From Macrostomum hystrix (taxonomy: Eukaryota > Animalia > Platyhelminthes): 64,000 bases of DNA. Positions 11,264-22,600 of the stretch are shown one piece after another. Where the stretch lies: the NCBI GenBank assembly GCA_950097015.1, contig CATNEN010000039.1:18290001-18354000 (forward strand). Direction: 5' to 3'. Each line of letters opens with the position of its first letter. Position 1 is the first letter of the stretch. Under the pieces are notes generated by a model. That model had not been told where the DNA came from. It did no database searches and was given only the letters and a program-made list of their open reading frames with translations. Position numbers and translations under genes: made by a program.

Positions 11264-13384
11264 ATGCAGTCATTCAAACAGCAATCCAAAAGTTTGATGA
11301 AAATATGTGTTGTCACAAATTCTAGTAGCAGTGAAGATGACACAATTGATCAGCAAGACATCATCATGGCTGAATACCACAATCAAGAAGTTGAATCTAG
11401 GCCTAGCCATGATGATCAAGAATCAAATTTACAACCTAGAGAGCAAGATCAGAGTGACAATGGGCCTATAAACTGGGAGCAAACAGTTAGAAATCTTGAA
11501 GAGAGTGACAATGATTCAGTAGGCCTAGCATCTAATATTGATTGTGAAGATGATTCAGATTCAGAAAAAGACTCAAGTGCTGATGATGACAGTTTTGAAC
11601 AAGACCTTGATTTAGCTAATAGACTTCGAAGCGTTTTTATTGACCACAATGTTACTCATGCTGCAATCAAAGATATGCTGAAAGTTTTAAAACCATATCA
11701 CCCTATGCTGCCAACAGATCCTCGAACTTTGCTTCAGTGTAAAGGCAAATCAAATCTAGTTGATGTCCAACCAGGAAAATATCAACATTTTGGTGTTGAA
11801 AATGGTATTAGTGAAGTTTTTAAGTTAAAAGAACAAGATAATACTATTTTTAATTTGGATGAAATACACATAATACTTTGTGTCGATGGATTGCCAATTT
11901 TTAATAGTTCTGTCAGTGGTTTTTGGCCTATTGTTGCTGCATTATCTAATATTCCTTCATCTACATTTCTTGTTGGTCTATATTATGGCGAGAAAAAGCC
12001 CCAGAGTGCTGAAGAATTTCTTCGACCACTTATTGCTGAGTTGCAAGTCCTTGCTTCTGGCAAATTTTTTCTTAGGAAAAAACGCAAGGTTATTCTAGAC
12101 TATGTCATATGTGACACTCCAGCTCATAGATTTGTTAAATGTGTAAAGGCACATAGTGCATTCTTTGGCTGTGACCATTGTGAACAAAAAGGTACCACTG
12201 AATATGTTCAAACCCTGAACAAGGGAAGGGCAGTAGTTTTTCTTGAACTTGATGCTGCTATTCGAACTGATAGTTCATTTCGTTTGAAGTTGCAACCAGA
12301 GCACCACCATGCAGCCTCACCTTTTGAGGATCTAGCTATAGATATGGTCAATGGCTTTCCTTGTGATCCTATGCATTTACTTTATCGTGGCATTGGCCCT
12401 ATGCTTTTAAAGCTTCTGAAAGAAGGACCCAAGCCATTTAAAGTATCCCAAGGAATTATTAGTCAGATAGACAGGTTGTTATTACACATTCGGCTTTATA
12501 TCCCTAGTGACTTTTCTCGTAAGCCATCTCTTCTACAGCACTTAGGAATGTGGAAAGCTACTGTTGTCCGCCAGTTTTTTTTGTACTTGGCGCCTTTCAT
12601 TTTTAGCTCAACAGTAGAAAATCTAGAATTTCAAAGCCTATTGTTGTCATTTCATGTAATTGTAACTTTGCTTAACATTAAGGATCTTAGTGGTGAATAT
12701 ATAGCCTACTTGCGTCAGCTTTGTCGCAGCTTCATAACAGGAGGCATCCAATTGTTTGGTTGTCAATTTGCTGTGTACAATGTTCATTCATTGTTACACT
12801 TGGTTGAGGATGTTCTTGCCCACAATAATATAGATGAAGTCAGCTGCTTCCAGTTTGAAAATTTCATGCGCTTTGTGAAGCGGCTAGTGCGAACGCCAAA
12901 TTTGCCACTTCAGCAAGCAGTTGCCAGAGTATTTGAACAAGGTCAATGTTTAGGTCAGTGCAAGCCAACCTCTTCAAAACCTGAACTCTCTAAGGAGCAT
13001 AGCAGCAATGTGCTTCCTATAGATACAAATGTCAGTGATGTGTGCCAATTTAAGTGTTTGAACTTTGGCTTCACTTGCATCAGACTAGGGCGCCGTGATA
13101 GCTTTATTAGCACTCAAAATGGAAATGTTCTCAAAGTATGCAACATTATTAAAGATGCTCATGGTATCTGGTTGGTTGCTCAACGGTTTAAAGAAAAGCG
13201 CTCTTTTTACAACTGTGTGCTTAGCTCCTCTGACTTAGGAATACTTGGAGTGCGAAATCTGTCAAAAAAACTAACTAAGGTTAACTTGTCTAATGTATAT
13301 GCCAAAGTAATGGCCATTCCACTGCATGAAACATTCAATGAATGGATGACCTGCCCACTAAGGCATACTGAAGGTCTATTTTAG
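11264..13384 (+). CDS. EnSpm/CACTA-type DDE transposase, 706 aa (may have an upstream exon)
   Basis: Motifs CVDGLPIF..FWP, YYGEKKP, ICDTPA..GC..C..KG, DPMH, WKAT, YNVHSLLHL, FQFEN; uninterrupted ORF. Confidence 0.9.
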   Translation: MQSFKQQSKSLMKICVVTNSSSSEDDTIDQQDIIMAEYHNQEVESRPSHDDQESNLQPREQDQSDNGPINWEQTVRNLEESDNDSVGLASNIDCEDDSDSEKDSSADDDSFEQDLDLANRLRSVFIDHNVTHAAIKDMLKVLKPYHPMLPTDPRTLLQCKGKSNLVDVQPGKYQHFGVENGISEVFKLKEQDNTIFNLDEIHIILCVDGLPIFNSSVSGFWPIVAALSNIPSSTFLVGLYYGEKKPQSAEEFLRPLIAELQVLASGKFFLRKKRKVILDYVICDTPAHRFVKCVKAHSAFFGCDHCEQKGTTEYVQTLNKGRAVVFLELDAAIRTDSSFRLKLQPEHHHAASPFEDLAIDMVNGFPCDPMHLLYRGIGPMLLKLLKEGPKPFKVSQGIISQIDRLLLHIRLYIPSDFSRKPSLLQHLGMWKATVVRQFFLYLAPFIFSSTVENLEFQSLLLSFHVIVTLLNIKDLSGEYIAYLRQLCRSFITGGIQLFGCQFAVYNVHSLLHLVEDVLAHNNIDEVSCFQFENFMRFVKRLVRTPNLPLQQAVARVFEQGQCLGQCKPTSSKPELSKEHSSNVLPIDTNVSDVCQFKCLNFGFTCIRLGRRDSFISTQNGNVLKVCNIIKDAHGIWLVAQRFKEKRSFYNCVLSSSDLGILGVRNLSKKLTKVNLSNVYAKVMAIPLHETFNEWMTCPLRHTEGLF

Positions 13385-13467
13385 GTGTAAGCATTCCTTG
13401 ATGTACAAGTTAGATTTTTAAATTATTATCTTGCTTACCCAGGCCCTTAGTATTTTATTTCAGTACA

Positions 13468-15637
13468 ATGAAGCGATTTGCTCTTGCTGAGTTTGATGAT
13501 GGCTCAGTTGTGTTGCCACTCACCTGGTTAGCTAATGATAAGCAAACTGCTTTTCTACCTAACAATTTTCATGATGCTCTAAATGCATCTTTCTTACGTC
13601 TTGTGAAAAAAAGTGCCGAAGTAGGCAAGGACTGGCCCTCATTTAATGTCTTAAAAATCCACTTGGAAAACGGTATGTTAATGTTTAAAATATTGTATTT
13701 TTGTTACATTTTATGTTTTTTAAACTATCTAATGTGTCCAATACTTAATTTAGACGACTTAGAGTACCTGCTTTACCGTCTGCGACGCTCCAAAGACTCT
13801 GGGACGTTTTCGGACACAGACACAAGTTCTAAGCGAAAGCGACGATCTGTTGAATATTTTATTGACTCCAACACTACTAGCACTACACCTAAGCAAGCAA
13901 AAAAGTGTCCAACCTTTGTTTGTCCGTCTCCACCTACTGGTTGCTCACTTAAATCAGCTGCTGCATCGTCCTCACATAAGGAGCAGACTGTTGGTGCTTC
14001 TGACCTTCCGCAAGCCTGTGCTACTAATTCTGCCTTTCAACAAGCTGGTGCTGCTTCTCCTGCTCGTCCGCAAGCTAGCTCTGCTTTTGCTCGTCCGCAA
14101 GCTGGTGCTGCTTCTCCTGCTCGTCCGCAAGCTGGTGCTGCTTCTCCTGCTCGTCCGCAAGCTGGTGCTGCTTCTCCTGCTCGTCCGCAAGCTGGTGCTG
14201 CTTCTCCTGCTCGTCCGCAAGCTGGTGCTGCTTCTCCTGCTCGTCCGCAAGCTGGTGCTGCTTCTCCTGCTCGTCCGCAAGCTGGTGCTGCTTCTCCTGC
14301 TCGTCCGCAAGCGAGCTCTGCTTCAGCTCGTCCGCAAGCGAGCTCTGCTTCAGCTCGTCCGCAAGCTAGCTCTGCTTCTGCTCGTCCGCAAGCTAGCTCT
14401 GCTTCAGCTCGTCCGCAAGCTAGCTCTGCTTCTGCTCGTCCGCAAGCTAGCTCTGCTTCAGCTCGTCCGCAAGCTAGCTCTGCTTCAGCTCGTCCACTGG
14501 CTGGTGCTGCTTCTACTGCTCATTCACTAGCTGCCCTATCTGCTCGTCTGGAGCCAGCGGCATCTACTTCAACAGCTCCGTGTCATTGCAAGCATCTTGA
14601 AAGTAAGTCGTTCAGCATTTGTGTCACCACTGACCTTGTATTGCATTTTGATTATTTACAATTTCACTGACTATTATATTACAGAATGGATAGGCCTCCT
14701 ACTTGAGCATATACTCGAGCTCAAGACTCTAGTTGCAAGTGGAAGACAGCAAATCGACATCCCAGATTCTCTAACCATGTTGCCCGTCCGAACGCGCAGA
14801 GCTTTCGAGGCTTTCTCACAGTTGCTAGATGAAAAAGAAGACGTCCGTGCCGAATATGTAAGTTGATTGTAAGCAGCTAATTACGCTGCCGCCGATTTCT
14901 TTATGTACTTAATTAGGCCATTTATATTACCAGATCAAGATCGGAAAAATGTAATAAATATATAATTATACTATTTTTTTGTTTTAGATTCAATACTGCA
15001 TTGCTAAGTCTGATATACCGAAGCTGACTGACGCAGTAGTTTTAATGCTGGAGTTCACAGCAAGGCCAGGCGTTCTAAAACATTTCAACATTCAGGGCCG
15101 TCGAGGCAAGGCTAGATTGCCCCAACCAATTGTGGAGTGCCTATCAAGTGAGTTTCTGTAGTGTTGAGGCAACTTTGAAGATATTATGCACTAAAAATAT
15201 TGATACAATTATAACATTAATTTGCAGAGATTATCACTGAGAGAAAGCATTTTAAGCGTCAATTAGGAACTACTACTCCGTCTGCATTTATCGGAGGAAT
15301 ATTGAAGCGGATGACAAAGAGGGCGGAGCGTCTAGGAGAGACAATAGATGACGATCGTGACAACGAGACGAGAGAAGATGATGAGCGGGGCGACGATACC
15401 AACGATGAAGAGAAGATGGATGAGGAAGACGGCGGGAGCATGGAGCCGGGCGATGATCGCGACGAGCAAGAAGACCGCGGCAGCGTGGAGTCGGACTATG
15501 ATGGCGACGAGGAAGAAGACCGCGGCAGCATGGAGCCGGACGATGATGGCGACGAGGAAGAAGACCGCGGCAGCGTGGAGCCGGACGATGATGGCGACGA
15601 GGGTAATGACGACGGCAGTAAGGAGGCCGGACAATAA
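13468..15637 (+). CDS. Transposon accessory gene (DUF4806-like); exons 13468-13672, 13754-14602, 14685-14857, 14988-15147, 15228-15637
   Basis: Four GT-AG introns with consistent phases give one ORF; N-terminal F.DG..V.P..W motif; C-terminal LPV.T...F..F...L..FNIQGRRGK; acidic tail. Confidence 0.7.
14041..14500 (+). repeat. Coding tandem repeats, 30 bp (AGAASPARPQ) then 27 bp (ASSASARPQ)
   Basis: Direct repetition of gctggtgctgcttctcctgctcgtccgcaa. Confidence 0.95.
15425..15605 (+). repeat. 45-bp coding repeat (GDEEEDRGSVEPDDD)
   Basis: About four imperfect copies in the acidic tail exon. Confidence 0.8.
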
Positions 15638-17667
15638 GTAACAGTGAATGACTGATTAGATGAGATATGTACACTCGGGATCAGTCGCTTGTGAGACTTT
15701 TGTACCAAAGAAGTATTTATATCTACCACCGTACAGGGTGTCCGCAACCTGGAAAATCTGGAAAAACCTGGAAAACCCCAAAACAGTAGGAAAAACTGGA
15801 AAAAGACCAATGTGGGAGTGGAAACCTGGAATTATCATTCGTCCTGGTAGCGGGTAGCTGGTGGCCGCAAGAACATATGCTCTCCAAGAATATTCTATCT
15901 TTTCCGATCATGTCCCCTTTTAGTTTTCGTCAATTGCTCATTGCTCATTGAAATCGTTTAATCTGAATTTTACCCAATTTGCTATGGAAAAATATAAAGC
16001 TCGTAGTGTTGTAGCATGTGTGAATGAATGAATGAATGAATTAATTGCTTCTGATCTGAATTTGGGAGCTGCGTAGCTCCCGAGCGAGCTGGAAACACTA
16101 AATCAATAAACATTGTTGCGTACATTCAATTTGTAAAGCTCCTTTAATTTTATAACACTTCTTCGCTGAAATGGAATTTTTACTTTAGATTCATATTTAT
16201 TGGTATTGGCGGAAGCGGTAGCAAATAGGCATGGCTATTCGTATAAATAAAAGTAGCGTGCTTTTTTGGGATAAGGTTGATGATCAGATATTTTGCCTTA
16301 TTTTAATTTGTTCTTTAAGTGCATTTAAAGGCGTACGTGTATTTGTATTGAATTGGTACGGGATTTAGTTGTGCGACACCTTAAAATTAGGCTGCTCGTG
16401 GAATTAGGATGGCGCGCTGCATTGCACGCATGGATTCCTGCATGTCGTGCAAAGACATTCACAATACGTAACAAAATTTCGTCATGGGAACGTTGGGGAG
16501 ACGAACGGGAAAACGGACGTGAAACCAAATGAATTTCCTCCTGGATACGTATCATGGACGTAACAATACGTAAAAATGTTGCTCGGGTTTGATCCCACTT
16601 GTACAAAGCAACTGATGCATGACGGCTTTGCCAATAAACCCAAATGTGATCAACAAATATGATAAACAATGATGCTGGCACTGCTGTGCGAGTTAGGACA
16701 GGCGGCGGTTACCAGGCCGACGCTGCCGCTGCTTCAGGCCGAAGTGCCAACAAAGAGCCGGGCCTGGAACGCGCGCCGTACTTGTTTGCGGATTCTTCAG
16801 GCGGATTTTCCACCACGTCCAGCAGATGCTCGGTCGACTGCTGATCGGGCGCTAGCTGCTACGATCGAGGTGGCAGTAATTAGGTGTCGTCCTGCCTGAT
16901 GCATCGGAGAGTGAACTGCGCCTCCGCCTAAATAAACCAGACGAAAATAATCAGTGATAATTCCTTTTATTAATTTTTTCTAATTGCGCCCACAATATTT
17001 GTTAAATCAATTCATAATGCTGAAAATATAGATAATATATCTTCGAAAGGTGAGCATGCAAAGATAAATATAGAGTTGAAACATAATCGTATATTTTTAG
17101 TTTTATGTGTTGGAGTCAAAAGTGTATACTAAAGCAAAATTATTGGGAAATTCGATTATTTAGGTTATAAAAGCTAGCAAAAATTGGCAATATCGCAACT
17201 GTTTCTAGAGCCTCTGTATCACCTGTGCAATGTAATTTGCCAGTAACCAGTCAAGTAGAGGACCCTAATTGTTCACTTAATAATTCTAAGTTTTAAACTC
17301 TGTTAGAAATTTCAGCTGTAAAATTTTCCTGCATAGTTTGTATCTGTCCCAATGCCATCTAAATAGAAAATGGATTTCGCATGCAGATTCTGCATTCATA
17401 ATCTAGGCATATTCTTGCATTGTCTGGCTGTTCTCTGTCTTTACAGACCAGCTTGTGCTATATACTGCAGAGGTGAAATGCAGCGAGTGCCTGTCTAGCT
17501 TTGGCAGCAATAACCTTTCCAAATATGGTAAATGCGATTTCCAGGTGTTAAAAAATAATACATATGCAGACATGTTTATTTAGCTTTTCTTAGACCTGTA
17601 GCTAATTCATTACCAAAGTTTCGGTCTATATAGCTATAGCTATATCTTATGCGGCCCCATAGTCAGG

Positions 17668-18364
17668 AAGGTGTCCAGTGTTCGCGGGAGCTAGTTTTTG
17701 GCCAAATCAAGCCTGTCCGCAAATTAAAGCAGATTTCAACAGCCCCACTTCGAATGGTATGTCATGTTACGGTGCAAAAGTCACTTCCCCACCATTTTCC
17801 ACATTTAGGAGACGTATATTAGCTATGCATCGATGTATACTTATTATGTGGATATTTCCTGTGATTTCCACATATTTACACTTCGAAAAATCTCAAAAAG
17901 TTTATTTGGTAACAGGACAAAAGTACAGAACTATCAATCTAACCAATTTCTCCATTAAAAACCAACGATTGGAAAATTATCCCAGACAACAATTAAAAAA
18001 AACGTCAGTTCGCAAACGAAACTAAATTAAAACAAATCTGTCATCTACAAAAATGAAAAATACTAACTTTTTTCTATTTATATTAGTTTTTCTTTCTAAG
18101 CACTAGAATGTTTTAGAAATGAATACATTCAGAATAACGTTACATTTATAATTATTATCACGCAGTTATTCTTACATTGACGCTTATGACTGCCGGTAGC
18201 TAATACGAATTGGTTGTACAGGGAGTTTTACAAAATTATGTTCGCGGAGTATTTGCCTTGCGGCGGAATATGTAAATGCAAGCTATTTTTTAGGAAGATT
18301 TATGTGCCAGAACATATTACAGGTCCAAAATGTACACGGAAATATTCCCGAGTATGGACACCTT
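17668..18364. mobile_element. Possible non-autonomous DNA element
   Basis: Short inverted termini AAGGTGTCCA...TGGACACCTT, with TTAA at the right end only. Confidence 0.3.
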
Positions 18365-19625
18365 AAGCCATTGTCAATTTGTTGCCCTAATTAAAATTTG
18401 AGGCATATGGATTTTCATTTAAGCAATATTTGGCAATTTTTAATATTTATAAAAAAGATTTTAATGTATAAGTATAAGTACAATGTATAAGTACATAATG
18501 TATAATTACAATGTATAAGTTCCATTGTCTTGATCATGTAGTCTTGGTTTGTGCATGCCGAAAAATGCAAAAAATTGAATTAGGCTACAAACCAAAAATA
18601 TAAACGCATAAAAGTTTAATGTCTTTTCTTTCTTGTTAACAAAGCTTTATACCCACATTGAGCACTAAATCACTTAAAGATTAAATGTACATATAAAACA
18701 ATAAATCAATAAGGGTGAAGCAAGTGTAGGGCCTATGCCAACTATACTTGCCAAATTAGGTATATAGAACACCAACGCAAGCTAATTTTTAGACATATAC
18801 TACATGATCCAAGCTATGGCATCTGTTGAAGGCCCCTTGTTTGGGGAATTACTCTGTAATTTGGGGAATAGCTAAATGGCCCAACAAGCCAAAGCATAAT
18901 TAGAAAATAATCTGTGGAATCTGGTGATCTTGTAACAATAGGCCTAGTAAATCTTTATTAACAGTTTATTTAAAATAAAGAAATAATAAAAAAACAGTTA
19001 TGCCTAAGTTCTGATTAAACTGATAATTGTTTTCTATTTCACCAGTGTTAAGTATGTATAAGTAAAGCAGGTGTTAAAATGAATGTCTAAGTAATTTTAA
19101 TAATAAATGTCACCAATACTTGGAATTTTGTGTTCTTTATATTTTAGTTTTGTAATTAAAATAAAGCTGCAATATTTTAATGGTACATGTTTCTTAGAAA
19201 AATATCTGCTATATCAAGATTGAATACTGAGTTTTAGCCAAAGAGTTTGATAGCTAGGGAGAGCTAATCAGAGAGAAAGGTGACATATAAGCCAGAATTA
19301 TGCATGCAAAATTAAAACTCTAATTACAATATATAAACTTTAAAAGTGCCTCGATACTGTAGTATGTAATGCCTCGATTAGCTCCTTTAGTTTATTAGTA
19401 GACATTTGTTTATTTGTAATCACATTTATAACACTAAAATAATAGTCAATGTGGACAATATGCAGCCACATTTTTTATAGCTCAATTGATTTGCATTTCT
19501 ATTTAATGGCTAAGCTACATTGCACAGACCTACCTATTGAATTATCTTCAGCCCATGATTGTCAAAGGCCTCTAGGGCCAACAACTTTCTAATTGATTGG
19601 CAACGCTCTCTAGCCAGTTGATACA

Positions 19626-22600
19626 ATGAGTGTCACATCAGGCGAGCTATCCAACCTGCCACCTGGAAGCGCTATAATTGTACTCCAGCCTGGGCGAAAG
19701 TCCAAACCATTTGAGTGTCGCCACATACCCATAGCAACTGGCAACTTGGATGCTTGTTTGCCTATTAAAATTGGTCGAGCAGTTGCTAAGCAATGTGCTG
19801 AGCTTAACAATGCGTATTTTGATTGCCGCGTCCTGAGTCGTGAACATGCCAATATTGCCTATAGGGATGGGGCATTCTATGTCACAGATATGGGCAGCAC
19901 CAATGGCACCTTTGTCAATGGCCAACGGCTTAGCCGGACTAACGAGGCCAGCCAACCGCAGAGAATCTACAGCGGCGATTATCTACAGCTCGGCATCGAT
20001 GTAGTGGACACTGTCAAACAGGTTTCTATTCGATTTGATGACTAATTCATGTCTAAATCTGACTTCTAAACTTTTTGTTTTATATAAAAAATGAGTGGTT
20101 TTGCAATGTTGAATGCTTTGGAATTCTGTCTAAGAGGTCATGTCCTCGTGTCATTGAGTTCTGTCCACCCAGCTGTAAAATGGGTAACTGCATCAGCTAG
20201 GGTGGCTGCCTAACCAGTCCACGGACTGATTTTTAGAAGCTGTGACTGTGCATCGGGCCCAATTAGGTTGTGTCATTTCGTGCGACGCTACTGAGAGAAG
20301 TCATTGTGATTGGGGCTTGTCGTGCAAATTAAGTCCATGAAGGCCAACCGAGAGGCACAGTGAGAGTGTACACTGTTTGACAATGTGAAATTATGTTATT
20401 TATAGATTGATTCATTCAATGATCAATAAACAATCGAATTCGCTTCGCTCACTAATGGTTCCAGGTAACGCACAATCGCATCGTGGCCCAAGTGCAGCTG
20501 TTTCTACCCAATGGCGCCGAAGCTATCCGGCCAGGGCATCCAATAGGCGCAGCCTTAGAGCAGTGCGGCAGCGGCGCCACTTCAGTTTATAAGGCTGAAT
20601 TAGTTAGCAGCGCTGCTGATTCCATCACTGCGTCCAATGACGACTCGACGGCTACAAACATAGCGGAATGCCTAGCCGAATCGTTGCGACGCGAGCGTAA
20701 ACTAGACGAAAGACTAACCCAACTAGACCGCGTGTTTTCTGAATTAACCGGCGCTGTCAACAACTCCTGGTCGGCTGTGCTTCGCGAAGATAACTTATTG
20801 GAGCGTTTGCTTAGCCTGTCTGAACAGGTGGCCGAATCGCGTGCTCTGATGGACTCGGCTAAGCAGCAGCATGGCGATTTGAGCCAGCCCTCTGAACTTA
20901 CCGATACTGTTGATGGCTGCAAAGATGACTCGGTTCAGACTCAGATGGCTGTAGCTAATCTGATTGGTGATCTGAATGAAGTCAGCAACGCTGTTGGCGT
21001 TGTATTTATACCGGACGGATCATTGTGTGAGAAGAGCATCAACCCTGCGAACGCTGAGCTCGTAAGCGTCTTATTTGATTGATTGATAGAACTGACACTT
21101 ACGCCAGTTACACCACGCCCACTCTCTATTAACTAGCTATTAAATTTACTAATGGTGGAACCCATTTAACAGCTGGTTAAAATGAAAGAATACAGAGTTA
21201 AGTGTCTTGCTAAAGGACACAAATTGTTCAAGTGAAGTCGGGAGTCTAACCCTCGACTTTTAAGTCGTGAGTCTGACGCTCCAACCACTAGACTACAACC
21301 TCCAGCTGTTCAGTTCAGGGACTGAGAGATCGCCACACCCACTTGAAGCACAACCCTAGACTAATTTCGGTATCCATTTCACACATAGGTCACATTGTTT
21401 AGCTGCCGTAGACCCCAGCTAGCGACGGGTCATTTAGTCCATTCTGCTGATACCTAAGCTCGATTTCGCGACGAGGCCACATTAATTTGGGGCGCAGCCG
21501 CGGAGAGAGAAGGCTTGGGGGCGTGTGCAATTTTCGCCCCTTGAGTGCCCAACTCCAAGACACACTGAGAGTGTACACTGCCTGACGATAAGAAAGTTAA
21601 GGGAGATGTACACCTGTGTGAGCGTATGCTTGCGGACAGTATTCGTGTGCGTGTGTGCTCAGGAGTCAGCGGATTGGGGAGAATTTCCTTCTCGCTACCT
21701 GTGGAGCTAGTGTCAGCAAAATTATGTGCCATTACGCACAGCCCTCCTGCAATTATGATAAAAAGTTTATTAAAATGATTAAAATAAAAAATTCAGGTGG
21801 GTGAAGCTTATTTTGAAGCTGAAAGTTTTTTAAATAAATTGCAGGCCAACGAATTGAAGCAAAATTCGACTAGACGTGTCGAGTCAGGGCTAATCAGTGA
21901 TCGGCAGTCAACTGAGCAACGTGAACAGTATAGCCAGCTAGATCAGCTGGAACTGCAACAAAAGAATCGTCAGCAGCAGCAAACGATCGAGGAGCAGATC
22001 GAACAATTGAGGATGAAGGAGCAGGCGATGCGGCTGCAGCATCAGCAGGAGTTGACTGTGCAGAAAGAACGAGAGAAGGCGCTCCTAGATGAGCAAGCTA
22101 AGCTGGAGCAGAAGGTTCTTGAGTTGTCTCAACAGCACAGGCAAGATCAAGGACAAACTTGGATCTTTAAGCAGAATGAATTGGTGAAACAGCATCAGCT
22201 AGACATGGAGGAGCAGGAGGAAAGGCTGCTTAAAGAGCATCAGCGCCAGCTAGATGAGCGATTGAAGATTGTGCAAGATCAGCATCGTCAACAGCTTGAA
22301 GAAAAACAGAAACAGGAGCTGGATCAGCAGCTGGAGCAGCAGCGTTTGAGGTTGGAAGAGCATTACCAGGCGCAGCTAAAGCAGAAGCTACTAGAGGAGA
22401 AGCTAGAGCTAAGTCGAAAGTTGAATGCCATGCAAACAGGGCAGCCACAGGAGCCTCTTATTAGTGATGCGGTTCCATCAGGGCAGATAGAGACTCAGAT
22501 ATCTGTAGATATTCAGCATCAAGAGCCAACTGAAGAGGATATACTGCTACGGGCGCAGCAGAGAGTACAGCAGCGAGCTGCGCAAAGGCAATTCCAAAAG

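Larger units (their letters stand above)
10390..16587 (+). mobile_element. Full-length CMC/EnSpm (CACTA-superfamily, CCC-terminal) DNA transposon
   Basis: Perfect 20-bp TIRs CCCGAGCAACATTTTTACGT at 10390-10409 and 16568-16587; TT(T) on both flanks; contains a transposase and a second gene. Confidence 0.9.

Noticed and set aside
21570-21615. Possible hammerhead ribozyme core (CTGACGA-TAA-GAAA) in SINE family B
   Set aside because: No stem II or III; comparison with copies at 1-20 and ~48510 is better explained by a simple hairpin (GTGTACA-CTGCC-TGAC / GTCA-GGCAG-TGTACAC)
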